Below are positions 57,341 to 64,000 of a DNA stretch of 64,000 nucleotides, in pieces. Origin of the DNA: Candidatus Marinacidobacterales bacterium (GTDB taxonomy: Bacteria; Acidobacteriota; Vicinamibacteria; Marinacidobacterales; DATDRI01); the NCBI GenBank assembly GCA_965226495.1, contig OZ245365.1:4280563-4344562 (forward strand), in the 5' to 3' direction. The notes under the pieces were generated by a model, which saw only the letters and a list, made by a program, of their open reading frames with translations, was not told where the DNA came from and did no database searches. Position 1 is the stretch's first letter. Each line of letters starts with the position of its first letter. The position numbers were made by a program, and so were the translations under genes.

Positions 57341-58915
57341 CTTATATCTGACTCCCCCCTTTACGACCACAAATACGCGCTTCATCGCCCTCATGTCGAG
57401 GAGCGGATTTCCCGCCACCACGATCACGTCGGCCAGCTTTCCCACCTCGAGCGTACCTAGTTGATCGGTTAGTCCGAGAGCCTCTGCCCCGATGCGCGTC
57501 GAGGCTTCGATGACCTGCATGGGGCTCATACCCAGCTCGGCCATGTACTTCATCTCATTGGCGTTCGGATCCTCTTGTTGGAAGTTCAGGTAAGCGGGGG
57601 TGTCGGTTCCCATCGAGAACTTCGCTCCCGCGCGGAGGAAACGACGCATGTTCTCGCGCGAGGTGGCTCGCTTCTTCATCATCTCGTTGTAGGACGGTCC
57701 GCGAAGGCCAAACGCATCGTCGCCCGACTCATCGGACGGCCGAGCCCGACGCTCATAGGTGGGTAGGCCGGACTCATCCGGATGCCGCTTGTTGTACACG
57801 AGCTTGTCCCGGTAGCGCATCAGGATGCGGTACTCCTTGGGCTCCATCGACATGATGTAGGACGTCTCATCCCAGCGATGTGGGTCTTCGGCTCGATTCG
57901 CTCCCGCCACCATGACTTCGAGCAGCGTGTCGATGATGACTCCGTTCTTGACGTAGGCATCGATGATGTCCTCTTCGATGAGCGCGCTTCCGTAAAAAGG
58001 ATGCTCGAGGGTATCGATATCGAACGCGGTCATGCGTCTCAAGCCCTCGTTGTGCCCGCCGCAGTGGACGTCGATGATCTTCCCGTTCTTGTGTGCCTTG
58101 TCGATGATGAAGCGAAGCTGCTCGTCGGTGAAATCGTTTTTGCCGTCGTAGACCTCGCCGGACATATACAGCTTCCAGTAGTTGAACTCGGGGCCGAGAA
58201 GCTTGTCGGTGTCTTCCTCGAGATCGTCGATGACGGCGTAGGCAAACTCGCTGCGCATCCAATCGATGGCATCGGCCGGCGTCTTGGCGGCCTTGGTGTA
58301 ATGTGCGAAGTGCTCTGGGCTCGTCAACAAAGCACCGCCGAGGAAGACTCGAGGCCCCGCCATCTCACCACGATCGATGGCTTGTTTGATGGGCAACAAC
58401 CTCTTCCACGGTCCACTGGTTTGTCTTTGACTTGTGATCCCTTGCATGAGGTAGACCCAGGCCCGAAACGGCATCCGTGCGAACGTTTCTTCCCATCTGG
58501 CCCTTATCTCGTCCATGGGCAGATCCGCGGTGGGGGCCGGATAAATGGGGTTGAGTTGGATGTGTTGATTCGAATTAATGAGTCCCGGCATGATGGTCAT
58601 ACCGGAGGCATCGATGATCTCGGCGCCTTCCGGGATCTGGACCTCTGTCATGGGACCCACCCACTTGATGTGCTCCCCTTCGATCACGACCGCATAGTCT
58701 TGTTTGGGAGGAGCCCCAGTAGCATCGATGAAGGTCCCGCCCTGAATGACAATGGGCCGTTCCGGACGAAACGGTGGCTCCTGCGGCCCGAAGAAGACGG
58801 GCGCCTGCTGGGCACTCAAAAAAATCGGCAGCAATAGAAAACTGGCCGCCAGCCAGACCAGGGGCAATAAAGCGACGATCGAAACAGAAGCTTTCTCCAT
58901 CATCATCCTCCTCAC
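57338..58915 (-). CDS. Secreted amidohydrolase-family protein, paralog of 47137..48474
   Basis: Signal peptide, GLINSNQH metal-binding start and the C-terminal LGTLEVGKLADVIVVAGNPLLD. Confidence 0.85.
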   Translation of the reverse strand: MRRMMMEKASVSIVALLPLVWLAASFLLLPIFLSAQQAPVFFGPQEPPFRPERPIVIQGGTFIDATGAPPKQDYAVVIEGEHIKWVGPMTEVQIPEGAEIIDASGMTIMPGLINSNQHIQLNPIYPAPTADLPMDEIRARWEETFARMPFRAWVYLMQGITSQRQTSGPWKRLLPIKQAIDRGEMAGPRVFLGGALLTSPEHFAHYTKAAKTPADAIDWMRSEFAYAVIDDLEEDTDKLLGPEFNYWKLYMSGEVYDGKNDFTDEQLRFIIDKAHKNGKIIDVHCGGHNEGLRRMTAFDIDTLEHPFYGSALIEEDIIDAYVKNGVIIDTLLEVMVAGANRAEDPHRWDETSYIMSMEPKEYRILMRYRDKLVYNKRHPDESGLPTYERRARPSDESGDDAFGLRGPSYNEMMKKRATSRENMRRFLRAGAKFSMGTDTPAYLNFQQEDPNANEMKYMAELGMSPMQVIEASTRIGAEALGLTDQLGTLEVGKLADVIVVAGNPLLDMRAMKRVFVVVKGGVRYK

Positions 58916-59403
58916 GACATAGACAAACCGCCATGGACTATCTCAAAATTGGGCGGCTTGAGCAAGATCCCTTTCCCATGGGTGTGAAGGACAACTGCGC
59001 GCAAGAGGCCTAAGAATCCGTGCGGTTGGATCCCCATCCAAACGCTTGGAGGTACTGTATACCATGGGTTGATCTTCAAAAGTTTGAAATATCTTAACTT
59101 ACAACAACTTATGGCAGATCGCTCTTTCCAAACGCCGTGGCATCGATATTGCTCTGTCTTGTGCGAGTGGGTTGTAGCTGTCATCTATATCGGGACAGTC
59201 CAGCCTGCGTCGGCGCACTAGGGGCGTTGAGCTAGAGTCTGACAAGCCCTAAACTTTCTTGACTCCTAGGCCCGTTTTGGGTTACAAGGGCCCTTGGAGC
59301 CAGTGTACACCGTGTACCATTGGCCATATCTGAGCAAACGCAACGTGTTTGGAAGGGTATGAGCTTTAAATTAGCATTGCTCCCTACTTCAAGGAGGAAG
59401 AGC

Positions 59404-62349
59404 ATGAAATCTTGGTGGCCCTCTTCTATAGTATTAGCTTTATTCTTGGCATTCTTGGCGGCTCCCGCGGGGGCTCAGGTCGGTATGACCGAGATGACCG
59501 GAACCGTCTCCGATGGCACCGGCGCTGTCTTGCCCGGCGTGACAATTACCGCATCGGACTCAACTCGCGGTATTCAACGCACTGCGGTCAGCGGTGGCGA
59601 CGGCAGGTATGCCTTCACGCAGATGCCGGTCGGGACCTACGCGTTCACGTTCGAGCTGGGTGGTTTCGACAGCGCCCAACTGGAAGGCGTAGAACTCAAC
59701 GTCGGTCAGAGACCGACCATCGACGTCACGATGCTGGTGGCCGGCGTCGCAGAGTCCATCACTGTGCGAGCCGAAACGCCGGTGATCGAGACGACTCGGT
59801 CCGAGCTGTCTCACACGGTTCAGGACGTCCAGGTCGAGGAGCTTCCCGTCCTCGGGCGAGACTGGTTGGGGTTCGCACTACTCGCACCGGGTGTCAAGTC
59901 GGATGGCGCCGAGGGGAGCCAGGACTCGGCACCGGTGGCTGGCATTGGAATCGGTCGCCAGGATAAGGTCCTCATCGACGGGGCGGACGTCAACAACCGC
60001 TCGACGTCGACGGGTATCGACATCAAGATCTCCAAGGAGACCATCGCCGAGTTCGAGGTCAAGACCAACCAATTCGACGCGCAGCTCGGTCAGAGCGGCA
60101 CCTCGGTGACCCAGGCGGTGACCAAATCGGGAACCGACGCCTTTCACGGAAGCGGCTTCTACTACCGTCGTGATGGCTCCTGGAACTCTCCCGACTTCTT
60201 TTCCGGCGAGAAGGACGAGGCGTTCAAGCAGGATCAAATCGGCGGCGTCATTGGTGGCCCCGTGGTTCCAAGCAAAGCGTTCTTCTTCGTCAGCTACGAG
60301 TGGCAGAATTCGCCGCGCACATGCTCATCGAACAGTGGGATCGTCGCCATCGACAACCAGCAGGTAGGCTGCGGTGATGAACGGAATCTATGGTTCCTCC
60401 GGGGTGATGTTCAGATCACCTCGAACCACCGCGCTGCGATTCGCTACAACAAGGCCACGCGACTACGGCCGCATGGCACGGTCGGCGGCGGCACGGTGCC
60501 GGGCCACTCGATCGACTTCGATTTCGACTTCGACCGCTACAACTTCTCCTTGGACTCGGTTATCGGCGGAAACAAGGTCAACCGGTTGATGTACAACAAC
60601 CTGAACACCGACCGCTTTTTCTCCAAGCGCGGCGATACCCTCCCAGAGTCTCGGGTTCAGGGAGGGATCACGACGGCAGGTCCGACTCAAATTTTCCCGG
60701 GCGCTCGGCTCGGAGGCGCTATCGGCTCTGGCTTCGAGAACCCCGACTACTGGTCCATCCGGGACGACTTCTCCACGTTTTTCTCGAAGGGTGGAGACCA
60801 CAACCTGAAGTTCGGCGGCTACCTCGAAAGGGCCACGCTCACGGGCTTCTTCCTCCAGTTTCAAAACGGCGCCTTCACCTACGATCAGGATCCTGCGAAC
60901 CTTCAGACCTGCTGCACCTCGGAGATCCAGGCCGACTGGGACACTTCCCAGTTTCCGGAAGCCACCCGCTTCCAGCAGAAATTAGGTGACCCGGACATCG
61001 ATACCAGCCAGAATTTCTACTCCCTGTATGTCCAGGACGACTGGTCGATCAATGAAAAGCTCACCCTCAATCTCGGACTGCGCTACGACCTGGAGAAAGG
61101 CTCGCTGTTCAACGACCAACCAGACGCGATTCTCCAACCCGAGTTCAGCGACGACACGGATAACTTCCAGCCCCGAATCGGCTTTGCTTATGACCTCAAA
61201 GGCGACGCAAAGACCATCATCCGTGGCGGGCTTGGGAGATTCAGCTCCCAGGCGTTTCTGAACATCGCGCTCCTGGTGCAACAATCGAATCGCCGGGAGG
61301 AGCTCGAGGTGTCGGTCACCAACGACGGGTCGAATCCCAACTTCAACACCGATCCGCTGCAGGGTCGCACGTTCGAGGACTTCCAGGCCGCCATCGGAGA
61401 GATCCCCATCGATATCGCGATTTTCGAACCTGGCACAGAGATTCCGGATCTGTGGTCTTACACTATCGGAGTCGCGCATGAGCTAGCAGCTTCTATGGCT
61501 GTCGAGATCGACTACACCCATCAGAGGACCAACAATCAGTTCCTGACTCGGGAAACCAATGTCTTCTTCGACGAGGCTAACAACCGGCCGTTTCCGGTGG
61601 TGAGCGGAAACTTTCCCGAGCTCGGTGGAGAAGTTGTGGGCATGGGTCGACCGGATCCGGCCTTCAACTCCATCCGCGAGTTCCGGAACGAGGCCATCGC
61701 CCGCTACAACGGTCTCTCCGTCGCCTTCACCAAGCGGTTCACCAACAACTGGTCCGCGGGTGCGACTTACCTGCTCTCCGGGAACGAAGACAACGCATCC
61801 CAGTTCGACCGGCATCCGAGCAATCCGTTCGACATCGCGGACGAGTACGGCACTTCCCTGCACGACCAGCGCCATCGCTTCACCGCAAACTGGGTCTGGC
61901 AGTTGCCCTATGAATTCGTCTTCAGCGGGATCGTCTATAGCGCCTCCGGACTAGCCCAGCGTGCTATCTTGAGCGGTGCGGATCTCTACGGTGTGGCTCC
62001 GCAATCGCGCGGGCTCATCCCCAGGCCGACCTGCGGTCTCGAGCCGAGGATCGCCTCCGCTTGCTCCCAACTCGGAATTGCCGACGGCACGCGCATACCG
62101 CGGAACTCCATCCGGTCGGACAGCGTCTTCCGAGTGGACCTGCGCGTCGCCTGGCGACTTCGCGTCAGTGACGGCGCCGTCTCCATCGAGCCGAGTCTCG
62201 AGGTCTTCAACTTGTTCAATCGTGAAAACTACGATCCGCGGGCCTATGGCACGAACCTGGGAAGCGGCGCCTTCGGTCAGCCGGGCCGATCGTCGAACCT
62301 GCCTTACCTGCCTCGCAACATTCAGCTGGGCGCTATCGTGCGGTTCTAG
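59404..62349 (+). CDS. TonB-dependent outer-membrane receptor with an N-terminal carboxypeptidase-regulatory-like (CarboxypepD_reg) domain
   Basis: Signal peptide MKSWWPSSIVLALFLAFLAAPAGAQV. CarboxypepD_reg: GTVSDGTGAVLPGVTITASDSTRGIQRTAVSGGDGRYAF. A ~980 aa barrel ends in a C-terminal Phe (LGAIVRF). An AGGAGGA RBS precedes the ATG. Confidence 0.85.
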   Translation: MKSWWPSSIVLALFLAFLAAPAGAQVGMTEMTGTVSDGTGAVLPGVTITASDSTRGIQRTAVSGGDGRYAFTQMPVGTYAFTFELGGFDSAQLEGVELNVGQRPTIDVTMLVAGVAESITVRAETPVIETTRSELSHTVQDVQVEELPVLGRDWLGFALLAPGVKSDGAEGSQDSAPVAGIGIGRQDKVLIDGADVNNRSTSTGIDIKISKETIAEFEVKTNQFDAQLGQSGTSVTQAVTKSGTDAFHGSGFYYRRDGSWNSPDFFSGEKDEAFKQDQIGGVIGGPVVPSKAFFFVSYEWQNSPRTCSSNSGIVAIDNQQVGCGDERNLWFLRGDVQITSNHRAAIRYNKATRLRPHGTVGGGTVPGHSIDFDFDFDRYNFSLDSVIGGNKVNRLMYNNLNTDRFFSKRGDTLPESRVQGGITTAGPTQIFPGARLGGAIGSGFENPDYWSIRDDFSTFFSKGGDHNLKFGGYLERATLTGFFLQFQNGAFTYDQDPANLQTCCTSEIQADWDTSQFPEATRFQQKLGDPDIDTSQNFYSLYVQDDWSINEKLTLNLGLRYDLEKGSLFNDQPDAILQPEFSDDTDNFQPRIGFAYDLKGDAKTIIRGGLGRFSSQAFLNIALLVQQSNRREELEVSVTNDGSNPNFNTDPLQGRTFEDFQAAIGEIPIDIAIFEPGTEIPDLWSYTIGVAHELAASMAVEIDYTHQRTNNQFLTRETNVFFDEANNRPFPVVSGNFPELGGEVVGMGRPDPAFNSIREFRNEAIARYNGLSVAFTKRFTNNWSAGATYLLSGNEDNASQFDRHPSNPFDIADEYGTSLHDQRHRFTANWVWQLPYEFVFSGIVYSASGLAQRAILSGADLYGVAPQSRGLIPRPTCGLEPRIASACSQLGIADGTRIPRNSIRSDSVFRVDLRVAWRLRVSDGAVSIEPSLEVFNLFNRENYDPRAYGTNLGSGAFGQPGRSSNLPYLPRNIQLGAIVRF

Positions 62350-62375
62350 TTAGTTACGAATAGCCCGAGTATTGT

Positions 62376-62411
62376 GAGCCCCGGCCATCGCGGCCGGGGC
62401 TCTTTTTTTTT
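62376..62411 (+). terminator. Rho-independent terminator
   Basis: GAGCCCCGGCC-atcg-CGGCCGGGGCTC hairpin followed by T9. Confidence 0.85.
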
Positions 62412-62420
62412 GGAGTGGAG

Positions 62421-63167
62421 CTACTGTTTGCGAACGATAGCTTTGCTGAGCAGCGCATCGGGGTACGCGATTCTGCTGTGTGTGAGTCCGGCATCTATAA
62501 GTGCCGCCAGCATATTAATAGTAACGGCAACCGGATCAATAACTGGCACGGACAGCTTCATGGCTGCCAGCTTCTCTTGTAGATCTTCGGCAAGAAAAGC
62601 AAAACCCGTGCAGCAAATTACTAAGGTGTCGGCATGTGCTTCAACAATCGCTTTTCTGGCTGCCTCAGCCAGCAATGCCGCCGTTCGCGCGAGATCTGTA
62701 CTTATTTCCATGACCGGGATGCCAACCACCTGACATGACGCCAGACGGGAACTCAGCCCCGCCCTATGTGCTTGTTCCCGGAAATACCGCGCAGAAAACT
62801 CACTAGTGACCAGGAGGCTGAATCGACGTCCTAGCAAGGCCGCAACGTGCATCGATGTTTGGCCGGGTCCGAGTACCGGGATGGACACACTTTCGCGCAT
62901 CTCTTGTACGCCAGGATCCGCCATGCAATCAACCATTATCCCGTCAACATCTTCCTTTTCAGCTTTAACCGCATTCTTGATCAGATTCGGCACCGACAGG
63001 CTGAGTGCAGTGAGTGATTCCGTTGTTCCCAACTCTGGTCCGCTGTCGGGGAAACCTACACTGATGGTCAGATCTTCCCGCGCATAGCGCTGGTTTTTCT
63101 GCTGTAACACATTCTCTGACCGATCTTTTGTCGGAACAAACGCTTTAACTAGTCTGATGTGTTTCAT
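62421..63167 (-). CDS. Asp/Glu/hydantoin racemase-family protein
   Basis: 248 aa with the racemase-family paired-Cys architecture (VDCMADPG ... ICCTGFA). GC is visibly lower (~50%) than the rest of the window. Confidence 0.75.
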   Translation of the reverse strand: MKHIRLVKAFVPTKDRSENVLQQKNQRYAREDLTISVGFPDSGPELGTTESLTALSLSVPNLIKNAVKAEKEDVDGIMVDCMADPGVQEMRESVSIPVLGPGQTSMHVAALLGRRFSLLVTSEFSARYFREQAHRAGLSSRLASCQVVGIPVMEISTDLARTAALLAEAARKAIVEAHADTLVICCTGFAFLAEDLQEKLAAMKLSVPVIDPVAVTINMLAALIDAGLTHSRIAYPDALLSKAIVRKQ

Positions 63168-63187
63168 TCGACTTCTCCTAAGTGCAA

Positions 63188-64000
63188 CTATCCGACAATC
63201 GTCTGTCGGCGTTTTGCTGTGGCTTCCATGTCAACCTGGAGATCATCTCCCTTGAGGATAACCGCATAGACTTCCTCCGCAGCTTCTCGGCTGACGTATC
63301 CGTCACATACATCCTTACGTACGAGATCCGGGTCCCGCTCGAGGGGATTACCATATCCGCCTCCGCCCCCGGTTCGTGCAACAATCCGCGATCCCTTTTT
63401 CAGTAAGATGCCACTGGTTTTCAGCACCTCATAGGGTGGCTCGTCCCCTGGCGGATGAATGGTGACTTGCGGTATCGATCCAGTATGTCCACCAAACAAT
63501 CCCCACTGCGGCGTCTTCGTCCGCTCGAAATGGGCCTGAAAGGTAACGTCTATTAACGCTTCATACTCCTTGATAGTGTTCAAGCCGCCTCGCCACTTGC
63601 CAGCACCACCTGTATCTACTCCCATCTGGAGGCGTCTAACCAGTATCGGACTACGACTTTCCTGGGTTTCAACAGGGCTGTTGCGAAAATCTCCCGCGAC
63701 AGAATGTGTAATTGCGCTCACCCCGTCCACACCCGAACTGGCACCCCAACCACCGTTCATCGACTCACCACCCATCCAGAATTCTCCCGTATCCGGGTCT
63801 CTGCCATAGACCTCAAGATTCCAGGAATCCCCCGGCAACCCCGCCACTACTCGATCCGGAATCGCCGGAGCGAGGGCCTTAAAAATCAAATCAAGCAGCA
63901 TCATAACTGGTATGGGTCGCATGCCTCCGACGGGCTCCTGTGCCCAGAAAATGGATGCCCGTTCAGCGATCAGATGAACAGGAATGAAACTCCCATGATT
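63188..64000 (-). CDS. Hydantoinase B / oxoprolinase-family protein (HyuB). Only the C-terminal part is present; the N-terminus runs off the window.
   Basis: GGGGGYGNPLERDPDLVRKDVCDGYVSREAAEEVYAV is the HyuB C-terminal signature. The ORF stays open upstream of the first in-window Met, to position 64000. Confidence 0.8.
   Translation of the reverse strand, partial: NHGSFIPVHLIAERASIFWAQEPVGGMRPIPVMMLLDLIFKALAPAIPDRVVAGLPGDSWNLEVYGRDPDTGEFWMGGESMNGGWGASSGVDGVSAITHSVAGDFRNSPVETQESRSPILVRRLQMGVDTGGAGKWRGGLNTIKEYEALIDVTFQAHFERTKTPQWGLFGGHTGSIPQVTIHPPGDEPPYEVLKTSGILLKKGSRIVARTGGGGGYGNPLERDPDLVRKDVCDGYVSREAAEEVYAVILKGDDLQVDMEATAKRRQTIVG

Overview
This is a 64 kb GC-rich (~62%) chromosomal window. 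The gene content (tandem Ser/Thr kinases with TolB-like and TPR tails, a CarboxypepD_reg TonB-dependent receptor, many secreted sulfatases and amidohydrolases) looks most like an Acidobacteriota-type soil bacterium, but that is an inference from gene types only. The housekeeping backbone is: mutL (partial), ppdK, glyS, glyQ, recO, mgtE; the conserved phoH/pgpH-like/ybeY/corC-like/era cluster; amtB-glnK-glnA; aspS; fadJ-like. Accessory content: an orphan HigA-like antitoxin, a secreted MBL-fold hydrolase plus arylsulfatase, a DUF222-type HNH endonuclease, a VapBC pair, a Mo-oxidoreductase with an NPP-like partner, a GAF/sigma-54 regulator, a CDF transporter, and a hydantoinase/racemase pair in a low-GC 3' tail. 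The most interesting locus is 37.0-45.9 kb. Two tandem, partly gene-converted Ser/Thr kinase-TPR receptor paralogs converge (sharing a CTAG stop) on an FHA-domain class III adenylate cyclase. That cyclase sits in an apparent operon with a cNMP-binding protein that carries an in-frame remnant of glucose-6-phosphate dehydrogenase, next to a small ankyrin-repeat protein. The locus is invaded by a hairpin plus G-quadruplex-motif repeat family that also occurs at 57.2 kb. A second, unrelated G-rich repeat-laden non-coding region lies at 52.9-53.8 kb. An unusual number of conserved genes are frame-disrupted. Causes are single-base indels, mostly in homopolymers (glnA, MBL hydrolase, spondin, SnoaL), and two short non-triplet perfect tandem duplications (28 bp and 31 bp). 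This points either to indel-prone sequencing or to real gene decay, and I cannot distinguish them from sequence alone. No rRNA, tRNA or CRISPR array was found. ORF-track coordinates may be off by 1 nt in places.
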